This document shows positions 1 through 10,420 of a stretch of DNA of 64,000 nt, piece by piece. Source of the stretch: Thermoanaerobaculia bacterium (GTDB taxonomy: Bacteria; Acidobacteriota; Thermoanaerobaculia; UBA5066). The position numbers were made by a program, and so were the translations under genes. The stretch is taken from assembly GCA_963816185.1 (NCBI GenBank), contig CAWFJJ010000001.1, positions 480,001 to 544,000 on the forward strand, given 5' to 3'. The stretch's first letter is position 1, and every line of letters begins with the position of its first letter. The notes beneath the pieces are model-generated. The model worked only from the letters and a program-made list of their open reading frames with translations, ran no database searches and was not told where the DNA came from.

Positions 1-790
1 AGATCGAGTGTTGCTGCTCGCCATGCTCTCCGAGGCCCTCGCCATGGTCGGAGGTCACGATCACGATGGCCCTGTCGTACACCCCGAGCTTCTTCAGGGT
101 TTCGAGAAATCCCCCCACGATGGCGTCGGAGGTCGCCACCTCGCCGTCGTAGGTGGCCCCGTACCGGCTCCTGAAGGGCTCCGGTGGGTCGTAGGGGAGG
201 TGCGGTTCGTAGATGTGGAACAGGAAGAAGAACGGCTTGGCGGTGTGCTCGCCAATCCAGGCCTGTGCGAACACCGCCGTCTTGTCACCCGACCGCTGGT
301 AGTTGACCGACTGGACACCGGGGGTCGTGACGAACGAGTCCTCGTAGAAGTCGAAAAGAGCGCCCAGGCCGGTTTCGAAGCGCATCACATACGAGGAGAC
401 GGCGGCCCCGGTCGCATAACCTCGCTGCTTGAGCAGCCGAGGAAGGCTTGCGTGGGCCTGGCCGTCGAAGACGAAACCGATGTTGTTCCTGACCCCGTGC
501 TCAGGAGGGAGCATGCCGGTCAGCATCGTCGTGTGCGCGGGGAGCGTCATGGGGCAGGGCGAGTAGGTGTTCTCGAACAGCCAGGCGTCCTTCGCGAACC
601 GGTCCAGAAAAGGCGTTTGGATCTTTGTATACCCATACAGCGGAAGGCGGTCGGCGCGCAGTGTGTCGATCGAGATCAGGATGACCGGCGCATCGGGAAA
701 CGTGGGAAGGGCGCGGTCCCGCGAGCACGATCCCGAGAGGAGACCGAAAAGTGCCACCGCGGCGAGGCTCCCCCGGTTCACCCTCGTCAC
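1..790 (-). CDS. Sulfatase-like (alkaline phosphatase superfamily) lipoprotein, truncated by window edge; third tandem paralogue
   Basis: Not in the ORF track. Manual translation from GTG at 790 (overlaps upstream TGA): MTRVNRGSLAAVALFGLLSGSCSRD...VILISIDTLRADRLP...PMTLPAHTTMLTG...HIYEPH...TSDHGEGLGEHGE. Confidence 0.88.
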   Translation of the reverse strand, partial: MTRVNRGSLAAVALFGLLSGSCSRDRALPTFPDAPVILISIDTLRADRLPLYGYTKIQTPFLDRFAKDAWLFENTYSPCPMTLPAHTTMLTGMLPPEHGVRNNIGFVFDGQAHASLPRLLKQRGYATGAAVSSYVMRFETGLGALFDFYEDSFVTTPGVQSVNYQRSGDKTAVFAQAWIGEHTAKPFFFLFHIYEPHLPYDPPEPFRSRYGATYDGEVATSDAIVGGFLETLKKLGVYDRAIVIVTSDHGEGLGEHGEQQHSI

Positions 791-2975
791 CTGCCGAACC
801 GCGGGTACTTCCTGGCCCCTTCGGACCTGTAGGCCGAGGCGGCGGCCGTGTCGCCTAGAGTCGTCAGAGTACGGACGGCCACGGCGTAGGCTTGAGGAGA
901 ACCGTTCGTCCGAATCATCTCCTCGATGGTCTTCTTCGCCTCGGGGACCCTGTTCTGCGAGGCGCGCGCCATCGCCAGAGCCTGCCACGCGTCGACGTAC
1001 CAGGGGAAGTTCTTGACCTCTTCGGCGAATTCGGCCTCGGCTTCCGGCAGACGGCTCATACGGGTGAGGACGGTTCCGCGCAGGAGATGGAATCCGGCGA
1101 GGTCCGCCAGTCCGCGATCTCCCACCAGCGCTTTCACCTGCTCCGTGATCTCCATCGCCTTTACGAGGTTCCCACGTCGCGCCTCGATGTCGGCAAGGAC
1201 GAGATAGGAGCGCTTCCGCGTCCTCTTGGATTCGATCGATCGTCGCGCTTCGGCTTCGGCCCGCACGAGGTCGTTCTTCGCGAGATAGGCGCGAGCCTCG
1301 ATCTCGTGCCCGCCGGTATCTCCCCGGGAGACCGCCAGATCCGCGTTCGCGATCGCCTCGTCGAGACGGCCGATCTGCATGCAGACGTTCGCGACGGAGA
1401 GGAGGTAGTTCGTCCGGTCGGGGGGGGAGAGCTCCACCGTCTTTCGGATCGCCTCGAGAGCCTTCTCCGGCCGTCCGATCTGGACAAGGCCCTGTGCGTA
1501 GGCCTCCCAGGCATCGACGATTCGCGGGTTCCTCGCGAGGAGCTTCTCGAAGGTCTTCGTGCTCTCGCGGAACCGTCCCGCACGGGCGAGCCCCAGGCCC
1601 TCCTTCAAGAGCTGCAACGTGCCGATCTCGTCCTTGGGATCCGGGGGCGGTCCCCCCCGGTTGAGGACGTCATGGAGAGATACCCGAGCGACGCGAGCTT
1701 CTTCGCCTGCTCCGAATCGACGGATTGGGGAGCCTTGAACGCCGTCTTCCTCCTCTCCAGCTCGACCTTCATCGATCGGAGGGGATCGGGTTTCTCGGAG
1801 ACTAGGTTGCTCCTCTCTCCAGGGTCCTTCTCGAGGTCGTAGAACTCGGGCCGAGGTGCCTCGATGTACTGCCAGTGCCCGTCCACGAGGGACCGGAGCG
1901 CACTCCACCCGAAGCGAATCTTCGGGAAGAAGGTCTCGGCGAGGATGCGGCGCTCCGGGGGCCTCGTGCCGTACGCGAGGTCGACGATGGAGAGCGTCTC
2001 CGGCGGCGGTTGGAACCCGGGGAGCGAGAGAGTCTTTGCGATGGTCGGCACGACGTCGATGAGCTGGACCGGAACCGGCACGCTCGTTCCCGCGAGGGCC
2101 GGCTTCTCCTCACCGACTCTCCTGGGAAGCTTCACGAGAAGCGGGACCTGGATGTCCTCGCGGTACAGAAACACACCGTGCTCGTCCTCGCCATGGTCCC
2201 CGAGCCCCTCGCCGTGATCCGAAAGGAACACGATCAACGAGCGGTCGTAGAGGCCTTTCGCTTTCAAGTGCTCGAGGAACGTCCCCACGATTGCGTCGGC
2301 AGACGCGACCGCGCCATCGTAGGCGTTCGCGTAGCGGCTGCGGAAGGGCTCCTTGGGTTCGTAGGGGGCATGGGGCTCGTACAGGTGGAGAAAGCCGAAC
2401 ACCCTCGTCTGCTTCACGCCATCCAGCCACTGGATCAAGAGGCCGGCCGTCTCGTCCCCGGCCCTTCGCACGTATCCCATCGACTCTCCGGGCGACGAGG
2501 GCTCGATGTTGTCGTCGTAGAAGTCGAAGCCGCGTGAGATGCCGGTGGTTCCCGAAAGAACGATCGAGGATACGGCACCGCCCGTCGCGTATCCCTGCCG
2601 CTTCAGCATCTCGGCCAGTGTCGGAACGGACGGATCGAGACGATATCCCCCGTTGTCGAGCACACCATGAACCGCCGGGAGCGTTCCCGTGAGGAGGGAT
2701 GCGTGGGACGGAAGGGTGAGCGGGACGTGGCTGTAGGCCCTCTCGAAGAGGATGGCCTCCTGCCGCAGGGCCGAGAGGGCCGGCGTCTCGACCCCGGAGT
2801 AGCCATAGAACGGCAGGTGATCCGAGCGGAGGGTGTCGACGACGATGAGGAAGAGAGGCGCACCGGGATGAGTCGGGGCGGCCTCCCGGCTCCCGGGTCC
2901 CTTCCGGGAGCACGACGTGCCGAGCAGGCAGAAAAGCAGGATTCCGGCCCTGCGCGCGGAGCGCATCGCGTTCAC
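787..2975 (-). CDS. Sulfatase-like hydrolase plus C-terminal TPR repeats, lipoprotein; frameshift near 1650
   Basis: ORF 1605..3542 carries VVDTLRSDH, PLTLPSHASLLTG and SDHGEGLGDHGE. ORF 787..1908 continues PDPKDEIG... into TPRs, colinear with the intact paralogue. The break lies at a C7 homopolymer. Start GTG 2975 or ATG 2966. Confidence 0.85.
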
Positions 2976-5176
2976 CGCCCGTGCTCCGCCTGTTCGTGCG
3001 TGAAGCGCACGTCCTGGGGATAGAGCCGCCTTGCCTCCGCGAGGAGGGAGCGCGCACGCGAGGCGTTCCCGAAGCGATCGAGGCTCCGGACGGCCATGAG
3101 GTAGGCGAAGGGGCCCGGCACCGCGCGAATCATCGCGTCGATCCGCCGGGAGGCCTCGCTCATCTGCCCTCGCGAGGCCGAGATGATGGCGAGACCGGTG
3201 AACGCGTCGACGTCCTGCGGGAAGAACTCGAGCTCCTTTCGGTAATCCGCTTCCGCGAGATCGAGCTTGTCCTGGCGGCCGAAAATCTCGGCTCTCGCGA
3301 CGTGGAGGCCCGGAGGAGGGGTCGCGGCGCCGGCGATCTTCGAGGCCTCGTCGAGCTTCGCGAGAGCTTCCGAGAACTTTCCCTCGAGCATCGCGATACG
3401 GGCCAGGACCACGAGCGCCTCGGGGAACGCTCCCTTGCGGGAGAGGCATTTCTCGGCCCAGAGTTTCGCGCCCGGCAGATCGTTCTCCATGAGGTGGATC
3501 CGGGCGAGAACCTCCGCCGCCCGTGCGTCCCCCATCTCCCACGCCACTTCCGCGTGATGGCGGGCTTCATCGGTCCGGCCGGCCCTGAGCGCGAGGTTGG
3601 CGACGTCCACGATGTAGTTCGTGCGTCCCGGCGGAGAGAGCTGGGCCGTCTTCTTCAGGGCGGCGAGAGCTTCGTCCATCCGCCCCTGCCTCTCCAGCGC
3701 GGCGGAGAGGATCTCCCAGCCGTCGATCAGACGAGGATTCGTCTTGAGGAGGCCGAGCAGGATCGGGATGGCCTCCGCGTTCTTTCCCGCCTGGTGAAGC
3801 TCGACCGCTCGCTGCAATTCGACCATGCTGCCGATGGCTTCCTTGGGGTCGGGCAGGGGAGCCCCGGTCTCAGAGGCCGAGCCCGTGAGATAGCCGAGGG
3901 ACTGGAGCTTCTTCGCCAGTTCGGGGTCGATCGCCGACGGAGACGTGAGGGCGGTCCTTCGCCTCTGGGCCTCGGCGACCATCGAGCGGAGCTCGGGAGG
4001 CTTCCGGCCGGCCAAGTTCTCCTTCTCCGCCGGGTCCCGGGCGAGGTCGTAGAACTCGGGAGTGGGTGCCTCGATGTACTGATGGCGGATGGAGATGAGA
4101 GAGCGGAGCTCGCTCCATCCGAGCCGAATGCGCGGGCTGTAGTTCTCGGCGAAGATCCGCCTCTCGGGGGCGGTCCCCCCCGATGCAAGACCGATGAGGG
4201 AGGTCGTGCCGGGTCTTTCCGGAAAGCCCGGAACCGCCAGCGCCTCGCCGATCGTCGGGAAGACGTCGGAGATCTGAACCGGCGTCTCGACGCTCGTGCC
4301 CGCCAGGGCACCTCCGGGCAGCTTGATCAGGAGCGGGATCTGGATCGACTCGCGGTAGAGAAAGATGCCGTGCTGCATCTCGCCGTGGTCTCCGAGGCCT
4401 TCTCCGTGGTCGGAGAGGAAGAAGATCATCGCCCTGTCGTAGAGACCGATCCTCTTGAGCTCGGCGAGGAATCCCCCCACGATCGCGTCAGAGTACGCGA
4501 CCGCCCCGTCATAGGCGTCTGGGTAGCGTGACCGGTAGGGTTCCGGGGCCTCGTAAGGGGCGTGCGGCTCATAGACGTGGAGGAACGCGAAGAGGGGACG
4601 GGGAGCCTCGCGGCGGATCCAGTCGAGCAGGAGATCCGCGGTCTCCTGTCCCGGCCGCCGCACGAACTCCAGCATGCTGGTCCGGCGCTTCGACTCCACC
4701 CTCTCGTCCCAGAAGTCGAAGCCCTTCGCGATCCCGCTTTGTGAGTTCAGGACGATCGCCGAGATCGCCCCTCCGGTCGCATAGCCGGCCTTCTTCAGCA
4801 GCTCGGCCAGGGTGGGCGTGGCCGGATCGAGGCGGTAGCCCGCATTGTCGAGGACGCCGTGCTGACCCGGCTCGAGACCCGTGAAGAGAGAGACGTGGGA
4901 GGGAAGGGTGAGGGGGATGTGGGAGTAAGCCCTCTCGAAGAGGATGGCGTCTCTTCGGAGTCCATCGAGGGCCGGTGTCTCGATCTTGGCGTATCCGTAC
5001 ATCGGGAGGCGGTCCGAGCGGAGCGTGTCGACCGAGATCAGGATGACCGGGGCTCTCTCGAACCGCGGGCCGACGTGGGCACGCTGCGCCCGCCTGCACG
5101 ACGGGACTGCGAGAAGCAGAACGATCCCGCCGACGAGAGCCGCGAGACGGGCCGGAGCGATCCCCATGGCGCGCAC
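2972..5176 (-). CDS. Sulfatase-like hydrolase plus TPR repeats, putative lipoprotein
   Basis: 734 aa; signal LLLAVPSC; ISVDTLRSD, PLTLPSHVSLFTG, HVYEPH, SDHGEGLGDHGE; helical TPR-like C-terminal third. Start may be ATG 5167. Confidence 0.9.
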   Translation of the reverse strand: MRAMGIAPARLAALVGGIVLLLAVPSCRRAQRAHVGPRFERAPVILISVDTLRSDRLPMYGYAKIETPALDGLRRDAILFERAYSHIPLTLPSHVSLFTGLEPGQHGVLDNAGYRLDPATPTLAELLKKAGYATGGAISAIVLNSQSGIAKGFDFWDERVESKRRTSMLEFVRRPGQETADLLLDWIRREAPRPLFAFLHVYEPHAPYEAPEPYRSRYPDAYDGAVAYSDAIVGGFLAELKRIGLYDRAMIFFLSDHGEGLGDHGEMQHGIFLYRESIQIPLLIKLPGGALAGTSVETPVQISDVFPTIGEALAVPGFPERPGTTSLIGLASGGTAPERRIFAENYSPRIRLGWSELRSLISIRHQYIEAPTPEFYDLARDPAEKENLAGRKPPELRSMVAEAQRRRTALTSPSAIDPELAKKLQSLGYLTGSASETGAPLPDPKEAIGSMVELQRAVELHQAGKNAEAIPILLGLLKTNPRLIDGWEILSAALERQGRMDEALAALKKTAQLSPPGRTNYIVDVANLALRAGRTDEARHHAEVAWEMGDARAAEVLARIHLMENDLPGAKLWAEKCLSRKGAFPEALVVLARIAMLEGKFSEALAKLDEASKIAGAATPPPGLHVARAEIFGRQDKLDLAEADYRKELEFFPQDVDAFTGLAIISASRGQMSEASRRIDAMIRAVPGPFAYLMAVRSLDRFGNASRARSLLAEARRLYPQDVRFTHEQAEHGR

Positions 5177-5202
5177 GAGGATAACGTCAACCCCCGGTCG
5201 AC

Positions 5203-5235
5203 AAAAAAAATGCCCTGGCCCGAAGGCCAGGGCAT
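5203..5235 (-). terminator. Rho-independent terminator downstream of the TonB-dependent receptor
   Basis: Minus strand reads ATGCCCTGGCC-TTCG-GGCCAGGGCAT then a T run: perfect 11-bp stem with a UUCG tetraloop. Confidence 0.92.
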
Positions 5236-5257
5236 GAAGAAAATCCCGCGAAGAGGG

Positions 5258-8200
5258 CTAGAACCTTGCCCCGAAGGTGAGCAGGTACTGACGGGGAATC
5301 TGGAACGACGGGGCCGCGCTGGAGCCGGAAGTCGGCTGGCCGAACGACGCGCTTTCCTTCCAGTTTGCTCCCAGGGCCGCGCACTGGGCGGCCGAGTCGG
5401 CTGTCGGGCACTGAATTGGTTTGTCGGTGAAGGGGTTGAAGCGGACGAGACCGGCGGAATTGGGGGTGGTGGTTTTCCCGGTAGTGACCGACGTGTTGAT
5501 GCCGGTCGCGTTGTTGACGAACGTGATGGCGTGGCCGTTGAAGACGTTGAAGACCTGCGGCATGACGAAGACCTCGACCGGTCCGATCTTGCCGGCGAAG
5601 TTGATGGAGAGGTCGGTCCGATAGACCGTGGGGGTGCGGAAGGCGTCGCGCGACGTGAAGTAGTACGTCACGCTGTTCGGCGGGCTTATGTAGCAGTGGT
5701 TCTGGTCGATCCCCGGCGTGCTGCATCCCAGGTTCACGTACGGACTCGAGTCGATAGTGCCGGCCGCGCCGTAGGGCGTGCCGCTGTCGATTTGCTCGAG
5801 CAGCCCCGGGGTGATGGTGACCGGACCGAGCCTCCAGTCATAGGTCCCGTAGAGGCGAACGCGATGCCTCTGGTCCTGGGCGAGGTCGCCCTTCGGAGAA
5901 TTCCAGGACGCCTGGATGTACTCGGGGTAGTTGAGCAGCGCGGACGAAAGGGGGCCGCTGCCGGAGTTCTCGCCGACGAAGTTCCCGATCGTGTGCGACC
6001 ACGTCCAGTTGCCGCCGACTTGCAGCATCCCGAACCTGTAGGAGAGGGACGTGTTCAACGCGGTGTAATTGCGTTCGGGGTTGTTCGAGTTGACGAAGAC
6101 CCCCAGGTTGTACTGGTTCCCGAGGGCATCCGAGACGAAGCCGGTGTTCAGGTTGCGCTCGAGCGCGTAGAAGTCCTTGAACTCGCGCCGCACCGCGTCC
6201 ACTCGGTAGACGAAGTTGGCGCCGAGGGTGCCGCCGAACCCGAGCGAATACTCGTTCGCGTTGGGCGACTTCAGCGGGTTGATGATCTGCTGGTTCACGC
6301 CGGGAAGGTTGACGATGTCCGGCTGGACAAGGGTCGGGAACACGCCCGTCTGGGCCACGCCGATGCCGTTGAACATCGTCTGCAGGACCTGGGCCGTTCC
6401 GGTGCACGTGCCCCCCGGCTGGCCGCACGTTTCGTTGATGGGTGCACCCTGCCAGAAGTAGTAGTAGCTGGCGGGCGAGCCGTTCGAGCTGGCGCCGCTG
6501 CCCGCGATCGTCTCCTGGATCTGGCCGACGTAGCGGGCGTAGCTGCCCCTCACCTGGAACTTCCCGTCTCCGGCGACGTCATACGATACGGAGAGTCGGG
6601 GGCTGAACTGGCTGTCGTTCGCGACGAGGTGGCCGCTCGAGTCGGTCGCGTCGTTCTTGTCCCAGCGGACGCCGAGGTTGAAGGAGACGTGGTTGCCGAG
6701 CTTCCAGATGTCGTTGACGAAGACCGAATTGGTCTTGAGATTGCTCCCCAGGCTCACGTTGGGGATCGGGTAGTAGATGAAGTAGGAGTTGGAGTCGATG
6801 ACGGGGTAGAGGTTTTGCGGGCCCGTCGGGACTGGTGGCGGTGTGACCGCTGTGACCGACGTCGGGTAGAGCGTCCAGCTGCTCCCGGACTGGAAGTTGT
6901 TCGAGTTTCTGAGCTGGGCGAAATACTGGTAGCCGAAGGAGATGTTGTGCGTGCCCAGGCTCTCCGAGGAGAGGAAATAGGTTCCCTTCCCGGTGATGTC
7001 CTTGTTGTCCCGGGTCTCGGGGCTGCAGACACCGCAGAAAACCGGGGACCACATCTGGCCGTAGCCCTGGTCCAGGACCAGAAGCGACGTGCCCCCGATC
7101 AGCGAGGTATCCGTTCCGCCCGAGTTCACGAACGTGAACTTCTTCCTCGAATACTGCGCCTCGAGGAAGAGGCTGCTCGTGAGCACGCCGTTGTAGTTGG
7201 CGGAGAAGAGGTCGGACGGCGTCTGGCGGTTGTAGAGCTGGTTCGTGTCGAGGACCGGAAGCGGGGTGAAGTAGTAGTTGTCGGCGTGCGTCGTCGTCCA
7301 GATATAGGACGCCGTAAGGGTGTGGCTCTGGACCGGCGAGATCGTCAGCTTCCCTTCGTAGCGGTCGTTCAGGTTCGTCTGCGGGAACGAGATCGTGGGC
7401 GCGCCGGCTATCGAGGCCGTGGACCCCGACGTCTGCTGCTTGTTGTAGCGTGCGGCGCCGAAGAACCAAATCTTGTCCGGCCAGAATGGGCCCCCGAGGG
7501 TGCCTTCGTAAGTGGGCACCCAATGGTCGGCGTAGGTCGTGTGGATCGGGGTCTGGGCCTTGGTGTTGTCGTTGTTCTCCGTCATGCGGAAGGAGCCGCT
7601 GAAGGCGTTCCCACCCCGCTTCGTGACGGCGTTGATGACGCCACCGGTGAAATGGCCGTACTCCGCCGAGACGGCCGACGTCATCGTGGACGTCTCCTGG
7701 ATCGCGTCCTCGATGAAGAGGTTGGTCGGCGTTCCGCGGACGTTGTCCTGGACGTTGACGCCGTTGACGTTGAAGACGCTGTCGTACGACATGGCGCCGG
7801 CGATCGTCACGGCCCCGTTAGGCCCGTTCTGGTTGACACCAGGGGTCATGATGACGGACGAAAGCATGGTCCTGGCGACCGGAAGCTTGTCCAGGAGTTC
7901 CGAGGAATACGTCGTGGTCGCCTGCGGACTCTGGGAGACGGTCTCGCTCTGCGCGACGACGACCGCTGCGGCGGCCACGCCGGCCAGCGCCAGCTTGACG
8001 TTCACCGCGATCTCTTGGCCGGACGAAACCTTCGTGGTTCTCGTGACGGTCTGGAAGCCGGACAGGGCGACGGTGACGGTGTATTCGCCCGGCGGCACGT
8101 TGGGAATGATGTAGTCCCCGTTGACGTTCGTCACGGTGTTCCGGGAGCCCTGAAGAGTCGGGGCGGTGGCCGTGATCGACACGCCCGGCAGGCCTTGATC

Positions 8201-8317
8201 GGTGGTGTCGCTCACGTTGCCCTGGAGTGTTCCGGTCGGTATGCCCTGAGCCCACACATGGTTCGCCATGAGTAGCGGCAGTACCAGTAATACGAGCCAG
8301 ATCTTCTTGTTCTTCAT
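5258..8317 (-). CDS. TonB-dependent receptor, Oar-like, with N-terminal carboxypeptidase-regulatory-like domain
   Basis: 1019 aa; signal peptide; GTLQGNVSD...LPGVSITAT; plug motif SAEYGHFTGGVINAVTKRGGN; NLGVRWD; C-terminal strand ending GARF; G-rich Shine-Dalgarno upstream. Confidence 0.92.
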   Translation of the reverse strand: MKNKKIWLVLLVLPLLMANHVWAQGIPTGTLQGNVSDTTDQGLPGVSITATAPTLQGSRNTVTNVNGDYIIPNVPPGEYTVTVALSGFQTVTRTTKVSSGQEIAVNVKLALAGVAAAAVVVAQSETVSQSPQATTTYSSELLDKLPVARTMLSSVIMTPGVNQNGPNGAVTIAGAMSYDSVFNVNGVNVQDNVRGTPTNLFIEDAIQETSTMTSAVSAEYGHFTGGVINAVTKRGGNAFSGSFRMTENNDNTKAQTPIHTTYADHWVPTYEGTLGGPFWPDKIWFFGAARYNKQQTSGSTASIAGAPTISFPQTNLNDRYEGKLTISPVQSHTLTASYIWTTTHADNYYFTPLPVLDTNQLYNRQTPSDLFSANYNGVLTSSLFLEAQYSRKKFTFVNSGGTDTSLIGGTSLLVLDQGYGQMWSPVFCGVCSPETRDNKDITGKGTYFLSSESLGTHNISFGYQYFAQLRNSNNFQSGSSWTLYPTSVTAVTPPPVPTGPQNLYPVIDSNSYFIYYPIPNVSLGSNLKTNSVFVNDIWKLGNHVSFNLGVRWDKNDATDSSGHLVANDSQFSPRLSVSYDVAGDGKFQVRGSYARYVGQIQETIAGSGASSNGSPASYYYFWQGAPINETCGQPGGTCTGTAQVLQTMFNGIGVAQTGVFPTLVQPDIVNLPGVNQQIINPLKSPNANEYSLGFGGTLGANFVYRVDAVRREFKDFYALERNLNTGFVSDALGNQYNLGVFVNSNNPERNYTALNTSLSYRFGMLQVGGNWTWSHTIGNFVGENSGSGPLSSALLNYPEYIQASWNSPKGDLAQDQRHRVRLYGTYDWRLGPVTITPGLLEQIDSGTPYGAAGTIDSSPYVNLGCSTPGIDQNHCYISPPNSVTYYFTSRDAFRTPTVYRTDLSINFAGKIGPVEVFVMPQVFNVFNGHAITFVNNATGINTSVTTGKTTTPNSAGLVRFNPFTDKPIQCPTADSAAQCAALGANWKESASFGQPTSGSSAAPSFQIPRQYLLTFGARF

Positions 8318-8361
8318 TCGTCTCCCCCCTTTGAATCGGAATTAGAGGATGTTCTCTGAGC

Positions 8362-8544
8362 TATGAACAATATGAACAATTCGAACGACGCTCCCAATGA
8401 GTCAAATGAGTCATCTTTCAAGCACTTCGAGTCGACGCTTTCGGCAAGAATTTGGACGGGATCCCAAGAAACCGGAGCCGCGACTTTCTCCGCGGCCGGC
8501 CCCCACGAGGGCCTTGCTCGCAAGTAACTGGCTATCAATTACTT
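8362..8544. promoter_or_regulatory. Candidate regulatory region of the TonB receptor: two 9-bp tandem duplications and an IHF-like palindrome
   Basis: TATGAACAA x2 (8362-8379), AATGAGTCA x2 (8396-8413), AAGTAACTG-gctat-CAATTACTT (8522-8544) containing TATCAATTACTT, close to IHF WATCAANNNNTTR. Confidence 0.4.
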
Positions 8545-8743
8545 CCATAGCTCTGGAGATTACCTCGCGTTCGTATCGAGCCACTGATGACCTGATTAAG
8601 AGAGAAGCGTGCCACGGCAGCCGAACCTGCGCGTTCGAAACTGAAAATGGAAACTTGACGGTTCAGGTACGCGCGTTCGTACCTGAGCGAAGATAGAGTT
8701 CTTCGGGCATTTCGGCGAGAAGCTTATACGGAACTTTGGATTT

Positions 8744-10384
8744 CTACTCGACCCTCACGCTCGCCGATCCGACGCCGATGCGGTTCGTGGCAAGGTCGCG
8801 GACCGTGGCCACGAAGCGCATATTGCCCTTGCGGGACTTGACCTCGCCCGTGTACACGAACGGCCGTTGCCCGGCCTTCGCGAGGTCCGCCGCGTCCAGC
8901 AGGATCGTCTGGCGGTCCGGGACCGCGTTCGAGCGCGCGCCGCTGTCCTCGACGGCCGCGAGCGCGACGTCTACGATCGCCTTCTTCTTCCCGCCCTCGT
9001 CGAGGAACGTGAGTGCCGAAAGAGGGACGGACACCTTGAACGGCGCGATGCGGCGCCCGATCCCGCCTCCCTTTTTCGGAGGGCCGATCGCGAGCGCGAC
9101 GGGGAACTCGCCGCTGGCGTCCGGAGTCACGAGCGCGAGCTCCATGCGATCGAGAGCGCTCGCGTCCGCGGTCTTCGCGCCGTAGGCACGCCGCGCGCGA
9201 AGCGTCACGCCCGGGCGCGAAGACGTGACCCGTACGGCGTGATCGGCCTTCTTCGGGTCGAGAGCCGTGAGCGTGACCCCGATCGAGTAGTAGGTCGCCG
9301 ACTCCTGATAGATGCGCTCGAGAGCGCCGCCGAACGTGTTTCGGTTCTCGACGAGGAGTCCGCCCGTCTCCTCGGCGACGTCCGCGAGCGCCTCGCGGCG
9401 ATTCACGTCGGCCGCAAAACCGGTCACCGGCGAGACCTGGGACTCCGAGGCGTCCACGTCGGTTGCGAGGCCGCGCGCGTCGAGCGCGTGCACGGTTATG
9501 CCGGACCGGTTCGCCTCGTCGACGACGGCCCGGAGATCCTCGGTGACCGAGTAGTCGAACTGGTTCAGCGGCGTCGAGGCGAGCGCGCCCGCGAACGTCT
9601 GCCCCGGGCGGACCTCGATCCCGCTCGAGACCCAGAACGCCACGCGCTTGCCGGAGCGCGCCGCGAGAGCCGCGAACGCGCGCCTGAGCTCGTCGAGCGT
9701 GCGTTTCTCGCGGCTTCTGATCTGGTCGCTGTGGCTGCGGATGATGGAGTCGCGGGACGAGAAGCGCGAGCGCCGCGCGAGAGTCACGTCCTGACGGTAT
9801 TGGGACTCCCAGTAGAGGCCTCGTGGGGCGACCTTCTCGAGGCGCGAGAGGCCGTCGAGGAGGGCCTCCTTCGAGTTCGTGAACGGCGTGATCACGTGCG
9901 ACGAGATGTTGTACGAGAGGATCGCCATGCTGTCCGACGGGGAGAGCCGGGTGACGAAATCGCGAAGCCCCTCGAGGACGCGCTTGCGGTCGGACGGCAG
10001 GAGATGCTCGTCGTCGAAGAACACGAGGAACTGGCGGGGGACGTAGCGGCCGGGACCCGCCGCCGTCGTCTCGAGGATGAAATCCGGCGATGCGGTCGCG
10101 AGATCCGGGCCGTGAAGCTGTCCCGCCTCGACCCGGGCGAAATAGTCGAGCGGAAGAGGCTTGCCGTCCACCGCCACGGAGATCTCGGCGCGCGTGAGGT
10201 CCGGCACGTTCCGGCCGTCTTTCCCCGTCGCGACCACGTCGAGGTCCATCACGGTGACGTCGACGGCCGCGCGCACGCCCGGCGTTCCGGCTGGCGCCGT
10301 GCGAGCCGGCGAGGCGAACGCAAGAAGAAAGAGGAAGAGGGGAACAAGGGCGAAAACCGGTCGCGGGCGAAGGCCGACGTGCAT
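8744..10384 (-). CDS. VWA domain-containing protein (Acidobacterial VWFA type), secreted
   Basis: Signal peptide; VMDLDVVATGKDGRNVPDLT; FLVFFDD; GKRVAFWVSSG; ANRSGITVHALDARGL; LADVAEETGG; YYSIG. Confidence 0.85.
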   Translation of the reverse strand: MHVGLRPRPVFALVPLFLFLLAFASPARTAPAGTPGVRAAVDVTVMDLDVVATGKDGRNVPDLTRAEISVAVDGKPLPLDYFARVEAGQLHGPDLATASPDFILETTAAGPGRYVPRQFLVFFDDEHLLPSDRKRVLEGLRDFVTRLSPSDSMAILSYNISSHVITPFTNSKEALLDGLSRLEKVAPRGLYWESQYRQDVTLARRSRFSSRDSIIRSHSDQIRSREKRTLDELRRAFAALAARSGKRVAFWVSSGIEVRPGQTFAGALASTPLNQFDYSVTEDLRAVVDEANRSGITVHALDARGLATDVDASESQVSPVTGFAADVNRREALADVAEETGGLLVENRNTFGGALERIYQESATYYSIGVTLTALDPKKADHAVRVTSSRPGVTLRARRAYGAKTADASALDRMELALVTPDASGEFPVALAIGPPKKGGGIGRRIAPFKVSVPLSALTFLDEGGKKKAIVDVALAAVEDSGARSNAVPDRQTILLDAADLAKAGQRPFVYTGEVKSRKGNMRFVATVRDLATNRIGVGSASVRVE

Positions 10385-10420
10385 GCGTGACCTCTGATAA
10401 CGGGTAAAGGGGAATGTGGG

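Noticed and set aside
4859-8275. 1138-aa plus-strand ORF
   Set aside because: Antisense shadow of the TonB receptor; Arg/Gly/Val-rich with no motifs, typical of high-GC DNA.
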